Both the position numbers and the translations under genes were made by a program. From Squalus acanthias (lineage: Eukaryota): a stretch of DNA of 64,000 nt. Every line of letters starts with the position of its first letter. Positions within the stretch are counted from its first letter, which is position 1. The notes under the pieces were generated by a model. That model did no database searches, was not told the DNA's origin, and saw nothing but the letters and a program-made list of their open reading frames with translations. The stretch is from NCBI GenBank assembly GCA_030390025.1, contig CM059432.1, forward strand, positions 22,446,001 through 22,510,000, written 5' to 3'. This document shows positions 51,791 to 64,000 of this stretch, piece after piece.

Positions 51791-54229
51791 AACAGAATTT
51801 ACGTCATAGGACAATATTTAGAATATTAAAAAAGGGGCCTATCACCTGAAACAGGCGGGCACTTTGGACACCCGACGGTAGGCCCCTTTCAAAATGAAGT
51901 CAGCTGCATCGCCGGTGTTAACGGGGCGGGAAGGCTACCGACCCTATTTTGAGACTATTACATTCATGTTAACACCAGGTGAGAACAGTCAAAATCATCC
52001 CTTGGACTTTTTAGCTTAGATAGGAGTCATCTGAGAGGTGCTGCAATAAGGTTTATAAGATAGTTAAGTGAATGGAAACGATAAACCTGGAATATTACTT
52101 TAAGTAGCGAGTCTAAATCAAGGGAACATAGATTTAAACTAGTAAGAGGTAAATTTTGGACGGATGTCAGGAAATTCTTGTTTACATCAACAACACCAAC
52201 AACCACCTGGACAGAAATGATACATTCGTCAAAGTTGCAGTTGAAATATTTAAAGCTGCTTTTATGCTTGATTTGTGCCATGTGAAGAAGAAATACTGAA
52301 CAGCCATGAAGGACAAAAAATAAATGGAACAATCAAAAGAAACCATAAGGCACTTGGGTTAAAGCTAGTGAGTTTGTGAATATTGTACATCAAAACAAAG
52401 TGCTTGGCTTCTGTTAGTGCCTTATCAAATCATCAAAATGCTTCACATATGAAATTACTTTTTAAAGTGCGGTGAAAGTTGTTATATAAACAGACATAGC
52501 AATCATAAAGAATATCCGACAAACAACAAGTAGATAAATAATCAGTTAGTCTGTTTTTGTTGATGGAGGAATGTTGACCAGACACTAAACAACGATCTGC
52601 TCTTATCTGAACAGTGCCAGGGATCGTTAACATTCACCGAGGACTGATTCCTGGTAATCCTCGGGCCTCTTGGTTCTTGCGCGCGCCGAGTCTGGCCCCA
52701 AAATCTACTCCTATGAGAATCACAGTTGAGGGTGCTGCCAACTGATCCAGGCTGACACACATCAAGGTGGTTTTCATTACAAAATGTTTGTCTTTTCATA
52801 AAGAAATGAGTAGTCTTTTCAGTGGTGAATTTTAGGCAAGAACCTGTGCACTATGCCTTTGCCAAGACCTCTGTTCTGCCTGAATCACTGATGCAATTCC
52901 ACTCACATTATGCCGTGCCACCTTTATCCCTCTCATTTTGCACTTAGCATCTCTGTGTTGCTTTGTCCCTGCCAATGTCTACACTGTCAACTCGTGTATA
53001 CAGTACTTTAGACCAATTCAAACTTCCAACTAAAGCCTGGGTTCCAATAAATCTCTTTCTGTGCCTCTCCTCCTCGAAGATGCTACCTCTTTGACCAAGC
53101 TTTTTGCCACCTGTCCTAATATCTCCTTGTGTGGCTTGGTGTCAAATTCTCTTTGATAACGCTCCTGTAAAATGCCTGTGTACATTTAACTACGTTAAAG
53201 GCGTTATATAAATGCAAGTAATTATTGTTGTTCGACAACAAACATCAGTAATATTTAAAAAATCTTGATTTAGTTTGAAATAGCTGTACATTCGATCAAA
53301 GCTAACGTGCACCTACTAATCATAATAATCCCTTGTCCTTCCAAAGAACTTCTACTTTTGTGGCTTTCTGCAATTACAACTGGGGCAGCGAGCTGGTTTC
53401 ATCTAAACCTGCTATTTTAGCTTAGTTTACAGCCAATGATTGAATGTGTTGTGGAACAGTGATGATTGATTGCTGTGTGGTACAGAATGCTTCCTGAGCT
53501 GCTGGGATGCGAGAAATGTCATGCCAAGAAAGCCAATTGGTCAAGCATAAATAATGTGCAATATAAACTTAGATAGGTTTAGATTTTGTTTGATTTGCCT
53601 TTGTGAAACAGAGACAAACTTTGTAAATCCTTACTTGATGGATTGTACAATCTCTTAGAAGGTCTATAATATATCTACTTTAGCAGATCTATATCCCAGG
53701 TTTATTTTTTCCTTTTGATCTTTTGAATGGACCTTTCAGACTGAAGATACCTAATTTCTCTGGCACATTCAGATCTCTTCAAAGACAATAATTAGGGAAA
53801 ATTGGTTTAAAGACAACCTCTGATATAAAACTTGACCGATCTTTATAAGTTGATTATCCCAATATTCTTCCCTCTTAAGAAATAGGAGCAGGAGTAGGCC
53901 ATACTTTTGGCATTGTTGACTCATATGAAAACATGGTTGTGTGTGTGTGCTAGCAGCCTCTGCTACCTCATTCGAATGGCCATTCTTCTGAGCTGATTTC
54001 TGATGGTGAATACAAGCAAGTTATTCAACCATGAAAGACATCAGACCCAAGCCCGATCCTGTCCTCACATACATGGTGGTAAATTTTCATCTTTTTCACC
54101 AAGTTTTCCTTCCACAGGCCATGAGCAACTGATGGCCTGTAAGAAACCTGTTTAATCTCACAAGAAAAGGTTCTGCAGAGTTACTCCCTTCCAAACTGGA
54201 ACTCAGCACCAGCATCCCTACTATGACCA

Positions 54230-55127
54230 AGCCATTCCTTACACACTCATTGTGGGGTATACCGTTATCTCTCACCATTCACTGCAACTCACTAAGACAC
54301 TTCCAAAGGTGAGCACAGACCTGTACAATAAGGCAAAGTGTTGAAAATAAAGATTTCAATGTTCGACAACACAGTAACAGAAAATTTACATGACCATTGC
54401 ATAAAACACCCAAGTGCCTGCCCTTGTGTGTTCTTAGTTGGTATGATTGCAGTAGGATGAGGGTGAGTGTCAGGGGTGGCTAGTGAGATGGGGGAATGAT
54501 AATGTAGATAGAGAGGGGTGGGTGGAGGAGTAGGGTAGGGAAGGCAGAGTGATGGGGATGTGATGAGTGGCACAGCAGGATGAGGTTGTGTGTGGCTTTG
54601 CAGTGATGTTTTGTGATCTACTCAGATCATTAAAAGGTTTGTACCACTGCAGCCAGGTCCTCCTGATGACATCCCTGCTTTTGTCCTCCTGTACAATGTG
54701 CAACCAGGCTGCGTTGGTGTCCTGGAGAGGTCTCTTCCGCCCTTGGAAGGGAAGAGAACCTCCCTGCATGCTGTGACTCCCTTCATAAGCATATGAAGGG
54801 AGTCATGTGAGAGCCTGGGTGCAGCCGTGCACCTTTGTGCAGTGCTTGTCAGTGTTTGCTGCACCTCAATGCTGCAGAACACTGACAGCACAACTGTCAT
54901 TATGAATGCTGCCATGGTCCCTTTAAGCAAACTGGCTGATGATGCGTCATCAAATGACATCATCAGGCCCACTTCCTTTTAACTGGCCGGGAACCCCGCA
55001 GGGTGGGCTTAACAAGCCCTATTAACGGAAAATCCTTTCCACAGAGCAGCTGCAGTCGGGAATGGGACCGGAACCCGCCAACTACCTCTCCCGCTGCGAA
55101 CCCGCCTCCGCTGGCAAAATCCAGCCC
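54230..55127 (-). mobile_element. Partial Harbinger-type element with a decayed Myb/SANT reading frame
   Basis: APRLSHDSLHMLM...RKRPLQDTNAAWLHIV...FNDL in shifted frames; homologous to about 59637-60560; terminus GGCAAAATCCAGCCC. Confidence 0.7.
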
Positions 55128-55622
55128 TGTGTGTCGAGTAGATCTGCATATTTGCCACCTGGGCATTAAGCATCTCCCAGGTGAAGCACAGATGGAAACA
55201 GTCAGGTGGGGAGCATTGCACGTTGTAATGGGACCTGCCTAATTTTCCTTTCATTGAAATGAATGGAAGGAAAGTCTGACAGGTTCTATAAGGGGCTTGT
55301 GAATCATTGAATCATAGAATCATAGAAATGTACGGCACAGAAGGAGGCCATTCGGCCCATTGTGTGTGTGCTGGCCGAAAAAGAGCTATCCAGCCTAATC
55401 CCACTTTCCAGCTCTTGGTCTGTAGCCTTGTAGGTTACGGCACTTCAAGTGCATATCCAAGTATTTTTTAAATGCGCTGAGGGTTTCTGCCTCTACCACC
55501 CTTTCAGGCAGTGAGTTTCAGACCCCCACCACGCTCTGGGTGAAAACATTTCTCCTCAACTCTTCTCTAATCCTTCTACCAATTACTTTAAATCTACCCC
55601 CCCCCCCCCACCCCCTGGTTAT

Positions 55623-57254
55623 TGTAGGGGGTGGTGGTTTGTGTCAGCTTCACCTCTGACTTCTGAGCGGTTCGAATCGCTCCCACTCCCTTGGTTCTAG
55701 ACCCTGGACTTATTTGGGGGTTGTGATAAAAGGTGCAGCAGACAACTGAGTTTGATGAAAATAACTTCAATCTTTATTAAAAAGGTAAAACACAAATAAT
55801 AACACTCTTAACACTCTAAAGGTGGGGAACACTTCGGTACAAGCGAGGGAAATGACAGTAGAACAACACTTCACCCCTCCCAACCCCACTTTACTAGTTA
55901 AGTTAGGTTTTGAAGGACCAGGGATAATGCTCACCAATCCTTTGACAGTTGGGCTAAATCGCGGTTTTGGGGTTCACTGTTTATGGCGGTTAGTTTCTGC
56001 CATACCCCGTACGCGGTAGAGAACTTCACCTGCGTATCTGGTCCGTCTTCGCGAGTCCGCTGATGCGGTAGGATGTCGTTTTGGATTTATCTGGTGAGTA
56101 ACCAATTTCTTTCGGTTAGCAATAGGGTTTAGAGTCTTTGGGAAAATCTTACCCAGGGGTAAGTCAGGAGTAGATTGTAGAGTGGAAACTTTGCGGTTCT
56201 TCGGGTTTTCTTCCCTTGAGTTGGTCTTTGTTGGTCGCGGTGGCCTGCTATTACCCGCTCAGTTGGGGGTAATATACGGTTGTTGGTTTCTTGAGGCTTT
56301 TGGTTTCCGCGATGGTTTTAGGCCTTGTCTAGTGTGTCAGGTCAAACTCGTGGAGCCGTCGGTAACTTGTTGCTGCTTGTTGCTCCGGGTGATTGTGTTG
56401 GGACCGTTGTTGGAGTTCCGTCGAGGTGGTATCTTCACGAGCTGGACTCAGGTGTGTCTGAGTGGTGAGCGATGCCGACTCGCTTCTAGCTCGGCTTGTC
56501 TTCTTCCTTGTTTCTTCTTCTTCTTCTGCTGTGTGTTGAACTGCTTAACGGGCCTTTCAATTATACTGATTTGAAGTGGCCTTATCTACCCGCCAAATCT
56601 ATTCAGTTCATTGTCTGGTTTTGGCGGGCTCGTTAATCGGTAACGACTTACTAGCGTGTTAACTGGTTTTTTAACAGGCCTTCAATCTCACCCATTGAAC
56701 ATGGCTTTATCTACCCGCCAAATCTGCTCAGTTCATTGTCTGATTTTGGCGGGCCTGTTACCAGTAACTGCTCTGTAAGTGTCAAATGGCTTTTGGGATG
56801 GCTTGCATCCTGTCGATCTCCTCAGTTGATCACTGGTGATTGATTTCGTGTTGAGTTTTCTAGGCTGGACTCGGTCTTTCTATAGAATGGGTCTGAGTGG
56901 GTTGTATTATGCATGTTTCTGATGGGCCCTGTAATCGGTTTTGATGGGGCCTGTATTTTGGGTGGGACTGTCCCTGGGTCTATTGTTCAAATGTTAATGT
57001 CTGCTGGGGCTTGAGTGAGGTCATCCCGGTTCCCCAGACAGTGTAATTAACTGCAATAACCAAACTGCTTTTACAGAGGTTGACCCACCTCCATGTCCCT
57101 TTACCAGCCCAGACATGTTTTTAAAATGCCAAAACTTGGTTTTTGGTCTTACATTCCTTAGGTTAGGCCCAAATGCATTTTTATCACTCTGAGGTAGTTC
57201 CAAAGTCCTTTTTCCTTAGGTTTTTGGGAATCTGCGAATTTTGGAAACCTTACA
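55623..57254 (-). mobile_element. Solo LTR (1632 bp) inserted in a CR1 3' fragment
   Basis: TGTAGGG...CCTTACA ends; 4-bp TSD TTAT at 55619-55622 and 57255-57258; the flanks rejoin as CR1 CCCCTGG-TTAT-TGACCTCTCTGCT; AATAAA on the - strand at 55773-55778. Confidence 0.85.
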
Positions 57255-58554
57255 TTATTGACCTCTCTGCTCCTCTTCACCAATGATCCTTTTTACGCTC
57301 CATCTCGTCAATGCGCACGCCTAGGTGTTGAAGATGAAAATCTACCCCATGTGCTTTTCAGCATGATCAGACTGTAAAAATCCCTCTCTTCATTAATTTG
57401 ATCAAACTGAGTTAATGATGATGACATTGTGGCATTCACCTCACAATGTGTTAGCGCTGCTCAGTAAATCACTCCTATGTGTAACTGGGTCCGATGCACG
57501 GTAATCCACAGCAGGTCAGTGAGTATTGTTTAGTTTGTTATGGCCTTGTTAAAGGCCCATTGTGAGTCCTTATGCAAACTTGCACACCCTTGGAATTCCA
57601 ATAATACAAGTATACATTTTGCTTGTCAGAACTGGTTAGGACAGCAAAAGAATTAGAAGATGTAGAAAGTGACCCAAAATAGACAAAAGAGAAGCTCGTG
57701 GGACAAATGCATACAGTGACAGACAGGAGAAAATCCCAGACTGCCCTGATGGGAAAGAGCTAAAAAATAAATCCACAGAAATCATATGGAATCAGTGATT
57801 ATTTCCCTTTCAAATCTAAGGTGTTGCTGGTGGGTATCTTTGGAGAGGTCCAGATATGAGATTCTGGCCCAGTATATATGCAAAAGTTAACGTAAGGATG
57901 TATCCGAATGGAGTATATGTAAACTCACCTGCCATACTTTCTTTGATCCTTATCTTCCTCCTCTAAGATCTGCAAGTTGTCAGATTTCTTTTTTTATTTG
58001 TTCCTGGGATTTGGGCTTCGCTGGCAAGGCCAGCATTTATTGCCCATCCCTAATTGTCCTTGAGAAGGTGTACACACAGGAATGTCAGGGCCGCTGAAAG
58101 AGTTGGGAGAAAAAATATTTCAGAGAAAGTGGTGTACAGTTGTTCTTCTGACTGTTGAGGGGAAATTTACATGATAGACAATGTTGGGGTGATGCATGCG
58201 TGGACCTTCATATATAAACTCACTGATTCCGCACTCCCAGCTCAAAAGGAACTGCGGATCATAGATAGGGCTTCAACACTGCAGCCCGATTCTTCTGTAT
58301 GTGTGCTCTTTGAGGGCAGCTCCCCTCTGGGAATGAAGAATTTACTCTATAGATTATAGATCAAAGGTGATCCTTTCTAAAGAGGTGATTGACAAAATGC
58401 CATTATAAATCCTTTGAGAAGTTGGTTCCTAACGTTCATCCTTTGAAGCTTCCTGTGTATAAGTGCCTAAATTGTACTTTGTTGAGCTCAACTAAGGCTG
58501 CCGCTGACACAGCAAGATGAAATGATTTCAGTGGTAACACGTTGGCACACTGAT

Positions 58555-58695
58555 GGCAGCTGTAGCTCAGTGGTAGCACTCTCACCTCTGAGTCAGAATG
58601 GTTGTGGGTTCAATACCTCACACCGAAGATTTGAGGACAAATCTAGACTGACATTTCAGTGCAGTTCTGAGGGAGTGCTGCATTGTCAAAGGTGC
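58555..58695 (+). mobile_element. tRNA-derived SINE head
   Basis: A-box TAGCTCAGTGG and B-box GGTTCAATACC followed by SINE body sequence; not a cloverleaf tRNA. Confidence 0.7.
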
Positions 58696-58709
58696 CATAT
58701 AGAATCATA

Positions 58710-59604
58710 GGGGGAAAAATTCAGTTGGTTTGCGCCTCCCGTTTGCGCCATAAGAGGGCATTAATGGGACGCAATGCAACTAGCGCCCGGGCGCGGCAAT
58801 ATCTGCGCCTCTCGCGAAATTGACCAGACATTTTGCGGCGCCGCTAAACACTACCGCCACGATCTCCTGCGCCAGCAGATTGTGACGTCAGTCGAGTGCG
58901 CAATGCCCTGGTATCGCCCCGGAGCAGATATTGAGTGGCGCCTCCTGCCTTACCTGCCTACCGCTAGCAACAACAGGTTGAGGGGAGCGTTTTGCAGTCA
59001 GGAAGGGACTGGGGGAGCGCTATTTAAAGGCGACCGCTTCCTGCTTTTTTTTGTTCGTGACATTTTTGCACCACGCATTCTGAGAGAGAGAGAGAGAGAG
59101 ACTTCTGGACAGATTCAACGCTGTGTGAAGGCGTTTTGGGTACTGAGCAGCACTTTGCAGGTTCATTTTGATTTGCCCTTCCATGCATCTATTTAGAAGA
59201 GACTGTGGGGGCTGCACTCTGAGCTCTTTCCCTGGTCTCTCCATTGTTCTTTCCAGCAGATTTGATGTACAGGTCTCTCCAGGCCGAGATTCAAGGCTGC
59301 AATGAACAAGATGTGGATGGAGAGCAAGATCAACCCTCCCCTTTAAGAACTGGCCGGCGCCTTTGTGTCTGTGTTCAATTGCTGACTGACATCACATGAG
59401 CTTCGCCAGCGCTCTGAGGTAGCGCCTCGCTCCTCGGCCTTTGCGCCTTAAGACAGGTGTGTAGCGCCTGATTTAGCGCTCCAATCACCTCCAGGGGCGA
59501 TAAAAGCCAAGTTTGCAGTCAGAGGCGATAATTAGCGCCAGGCGCTAAACTTTGCGCACAGCCGATAATTGCGCCCCAAATGGGGCGATACTGAATTTTC
59601 CCCC
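58710..59604. mobile_element. Non-autonomous derivative of the Myb/SANT-carrying Harbinger-type element
   Basis: TIR GGGGGAAAA(A)TTCAG / CTGAATTTTCCCCC; TSD ATA; the right ~335 bp match 1001-1325. Confidence 0.85.
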
Positions 59605-59636
59605 ATAGAAATTTACGGCACAGAAGGAGGCCCATT

Positions 59637-61369
59637 GGCCGCAATTTTCCCTACCTCAGCGGGCGATGTCGGTGGCAGGTCTTGGACATGCTGTTGGCTC
59701 CATCCTGGCCTCCGACATGATTTTCCCCTGATTGGGCTTGTTAAGCCCGCCCAGCGAGTTTGCCGGCAAATTGAAGGAAGCGGGTCTAATGACATCATTT
59801 ATGACGAGTCATCAGTCAGTTTCCTGAAAGGGACCATGCCCAAGTTTAGTTTGACATTTGTGCTGTCAGTGTTCTGCAGCATTGAGGTGCTGCAAACACT
59901 GACAAACACTGCACAGAGGTGCACGACTGCCCCATGGCTCTCGCATGACTCCCTCCATATGCTTATGGAGGAAGACACAGCACGCAGGGAGTTCTCTTCC
60001 CTTCCAATGAGCAGAAGAGACCTCCCCAGGAGACCAAGGCAGCCTGGTTGTACATTGTACAGGAGGCCACAAGCAGGGATATCATCAGGAGGACCAGGCT
60101 GTAGTGGCGCAAACCTTTCAATGATCTGAGCAGATCACAAAATATTACTGCAAAGCCACACTCAACCTCATCCTGCTGTGCCACTCATCACATCCCCATC
60201 ACTCTGCCTTCCCTACCCTACTCCTGCACATCCTTACTCACACCAACTTACCTTGCCCCTCCGCCCATTTCTCTCTATCTACATTATCACTTCCGCATCT
60301 CAATAAACACCCCTCACACTCACCCTCACCCTAGTGCAATCATTCCAATTAACAACACACAAGGATAGGCACTTGTGTGTTTTAGCCAATGTTCATGTGA
60401 AGTTTCTGGTAATATACTGTCAAATATTGAAATCTTTATTTCAACACCTTGCTTTCTTGGACAAATTTGTGTGTACCTTTGGCAGTGGCTTAGTGAGCTG
60501 CAGTGAATGGTGAGACATAACGGTATCCTCCGAAATGATGATGAGTGTGAAAGGAATGGCTTGGGCATTGTAGAGATGCTTTATGGTGTTAGTGTGGGGT
60601 GGTGCCAACCTGGCGCATTATGTGACAGCCAGGGTGTGCAGCATGAAGTGAAGTAAATGTGGCCATGGTGAGGCCATCCCTGGCATCCTGGGTAGAAATG
60701 TGGTCGGATGCTGATGCCCTTTGTCCTGTGCGGCATCAGTTGATTGTGAAGAAGATTGGTGTGGTTGTTGGTGCTGCTGGTGCTGATCGTGGTCAGATTT
60801 TGAGGGCCAAGGTGAGAGAGTATAAAGTGCGCCCATGCTGATGGAATAGATAACAGGTGAAGTAGTGATGACAGAAGCGATCTATCAATGGTAGGAGAGG
60901 TAATGAGGTCAGACTGGATGGAGACTTGTGTAAAGACTTACAGCATCCTGATTCTGTAGTGGAAATGCAGTTTAGAGATGCTAGTGCTTAAGGGAAGATA
61001 TCTGAATCAGCTGGGAGCTTTGACTTGACATTTGAAGCTGTCAACTCATCAGCTGATTCAATGGCCACTGACCTCTCGCCTCAGCTTCACAGATGAGGTC
61101 TAGGCACAGTAGGAAACGGTGGGAGAATGGTGAAAGTTAAAAATCTGGGGAAAAAAGCATTGTTAAGTGGCTGTAAACAAGCCACTAATGATTTGAATTG
61201 GATCCCCCGCCGCTGCCTGTTGGGTCTGCACAGCGCTGGCAGACCCGACATTGGGAAATGCAGGTGTGCGCTTTTTGACAACGGGTTCCCGACCCGCTGT
61301 CAATCATTTTAAATTTCGCAGCTGACCCACCAACAATTGGGTCCGCTGAGCGCCGGCAAAATCGCGGCC
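59637..61369 (+). mobile_element. Internally deleted Harbinger-type element with a decayed Myb/SANT frame
   Basis: TIR GGCCGC(A/G)ATTTT; TSD ATT at 59634-59636 and 61370-61372; homologous to 54230-55127. Confidence 0.8.
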
Positions 61370-63900
61370 ATTGTGTCTGTGCCGGCCGAAAAGAGCTATC
61401 CAGCCTAATACCACTTTCCAGCTCTTGGTCCATAGTCTTGGTGGTTACGTCACTTCAAGTGCATATCCAAGTACTTTTTAAATGTGATGAGCCTTTCTGC
61501 CTCTAACACCCTTTCAGTCAGTGAGTTACAGATCCCTAACCTCTCTGGGTGAAAAATGTTCTCCTCAACTCCCCTCTAATCCATCTACCAATTACTTTAA
61601 ATCTATGCCCCCTGATTATTGACCTCTCTGCTAGGGGAAATAGGTCCTTCCTATCCACTCTATCTAGGCCCCTCATAATTTTATACACCTCAATCACGTC
61701 TCCCCTCAGCCTCCTCTGTTCCAAAGAAAACAACCCCAGCCTATCCAATCTTTCCTCACTGCTAAAATTCTCCAATCCTGGCAACATCCTCGTAAATCTC
61801 CTCTATATCCTCTCTAGTGCAATCACATCTTTCCTATACTGTGGTGACCAGAACTATACACAGTACACTAGCTGTGGCCTAACTAGTGTTTTATACAGTT
61901 CAAGCATAACCTCCCTGCTCTTATATGCTATGCCTCGGCTAATAAAGGAAAGTATCCCGTATGCCTTCTTAACCACCTTATCTACCTGGCCTGCTACCTT
62001 CAGGGATCTGTGGACATGCACTCCAAGGTCCCTCTGTTCCTCTACACTTCTCAGTATCCTACCATTTATTGTTTATTCCCTTGCCTTGTTAACTCTTCCC
62101 AAATGCATTACCTCACACTTCTCTGGATTGAATTCCATTTGCAACTTTTTTACCCATCTGACCAGTCCATTGACATCTTCCTGCAGTCTACAGCTATCTT
62201 CCTCACTATCAATCACGCGGCCAATTTATTATCATCTGCAAACTTCTTAATCATTCCCCCTACATTGAAGTCTAAATCATTGACGTATACCACAAAAACA
62301 AGGGACCTTGCACTGAGCCCTGTGGAACCCCACTGGAAATAGCCTTCCAGTCACAAAAACACCCTTCGAACCATTACCCTTTGCTTCCTGCCACTGAGCC
62401 AATTTTGGATCCAACTTGCCACTTTTCCTTGGATTCCATGGGCTTTTACTTTTCCAACCAGTCTGCCATGTGGGACCTTGTCAAAAGCCTTGCTAAAATC
62501 CATGACGACTACATCGAACGCATTACCCTCATCAACCTTCCTTGTTATCTCCTCAAAAAATTCAGTCAAATTAGTCAGATACGACCTTCCCTTAACAAAT
62601 CCATACTGACTATCCTTGATTATTCTGTGCCTTTCTAAATGACGATCAATACTGTTCCTCAGAATTTTTTCCAACAATTTGCCCACCACTGAGATTAGGC
62701 TGACTGGACTCGGTCTATCCCTTTCTCCCTTTTTAAACAATGGTATAACATTAGCAGTCCTCCAGTTCTCCAGCACCATACCTGTAGCCAGAGAGGATTG
62801 AAAAATGATGGTCAGAGCCTTCGCTATTTCCTCTCTTGCTTCTCTAACAGTCTGCGATACATTTCATCCGGGCCTGGGGATTTATCTGCTTTCAAAGATG
62901 CTAAACCCCTTAATACTTCCTCTCTCACTATGCTTATCTCATCTAATATTTCACACTCCTCCTCCTTAACTACAATGTCTGCATCGTCTCTCTCTTTTGT
63001 GAAGACAGACGCAAAGTATTCATTAAGAACCATACCCACTTCTTCCGCCTCCACACACAAGCTTCCTTCTTGGTCTCTAATAGGCCCTATTCTTTCTTTA
63101 GCTAACCTCTTGCTCTTTAAGTATTTATAAAACATCTTTGGGTTTTCCTTGATGTTACTTGCCAATATTTTTTCATGCCCTCTCTTTGCTTTCCTAATTT
63201 CCTTTTTAATTTCACCCCTGCACTTGCTATACTCCTCTAGGCATTCTGTAGTATTTAGCTCTCAGTATCTGACATTAGCTTCCCTTTTTTGCATTATTCT
63301 ACCCTGTATGCCCCTTGACATCCAGGGGACTCTAGATATGGGAGTTCCACTCTTTTTCTTTGTGGGAACGTATTTTCTCTGAACCCTCACTATCTTCTCC
63401 TTGAATGCCTCCACTGTTCTGACTCTGATTTACCTTCAAGTAGCTGTTTCCAGTCCACTTTTGCTGAATCACATCTCAACTTAGTAAAATTGGCTTTTCC
63501 CCAATTGAGAACTTTTACTCCTGATCTAGCTTTGTCCTTTTCCATAACTATGCTAAATCGAACTGAATTATGATCACTACCACCAAAAGGCTGATACCTT
63601 CCACCTGCCCAGCTTCATTCCCTAAAACTAAGTTCAGAACTGCCCCCTCTCTTGTTGGGCTTACTACATACTGGCTAAAAAAGTTCACCTGAATGCATTT
63701 TACAAATTCAGCACCCTCTATACCTTTTACACTGATTCTATCCCAGTTAATGTTAGGATAGTTGAAATCCCCTACTATTACTGCCCTATTGCTTTTGCAT
63801 TTCTCAGCAATTTGCCAACATATTTACTCTTCTATCTCCCTCTGACTATTTGGGGGTTGATAGTACACTCCCAGCTGTGTAACTGCCCCTTTTTTGTTCT
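61370..63900 (-). mobile_element. CR1 LINE (ORF2 remnants), with its 3' tail split by two DNA transposons
   Basis: KSPGPD, MDFSKAFDKVPH and GLFSLEQRRLRGD motifs; the tail continues at 59605-59636 and about 58697-58709. Confidence 0.92.
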
Positions 63901-64000
63901 TCATCTTTTGGATGAGACATTATACGTCTACTCTCTCAGGTAGACATAAAAGATCGTTTGACACTATTTTGAAGAAGAGCAGGCGAGGTCCCCCCAGTGT

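Noticed and set aside
57922..57975. Possible micro-exon on the - strand (CAG|GTGAGT donor)
   Set aside because: It lacks a polypyrimidine tract and supporting neighbouring exons, so the evidence is insufficient.
58555..58620. tRNA gene
   Set aside because: A and B boxes are present but the sequence continues into SINE body and forms no proper cloverleaf.
61549..62250. 233-aa + strand ORF
   Set aside because: It is the antisense shadow of CR1 ORF2; similar shadows occur at the other CR1 copies.
1..64000. CRISPR arrays, rRNA genes or prokaryotic operons
   Set aside because: None were seen; the sequence is vertebrate-type repetitive DNA.

Overview
Eukaryotic, repeat-dense DNA. It is most likely from a cartilaginous fish, inferred from the repeat landscape (CR1, L2 and RTE LINEs, Deu-domain tRNA SINEs, Penelope-like elements, PIF/Harbinger-type DNA transposons). 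No host gene can be firmly called. The main feature is a two-LTR endogenous foamy-like (spumaretrovirus-like) provirus at 36747-45234 (+). It has ~1.25 kb LTRs (TG...CA, about 96% identical by manual count), a 4-bp TSD (GTAG), a tRNA-Lys1,2-type PBS and a splice donor in R upstream of the polyA signal. Gag has the foamy capsid signature and no zinc knuckle; Pol is PR-RT(YVDD)-RNaseH-IN. Only a short env start survives, so env and any accessory genes are essentially absent. The window also contains palindromic Penelope-derived insertions with minimal hammerhead-ribozyme cores, a 1.6 kb solo LTR, an intact spliced Myb/SANT transposon gene at the left edge with a related MITE, and several nested insertions.
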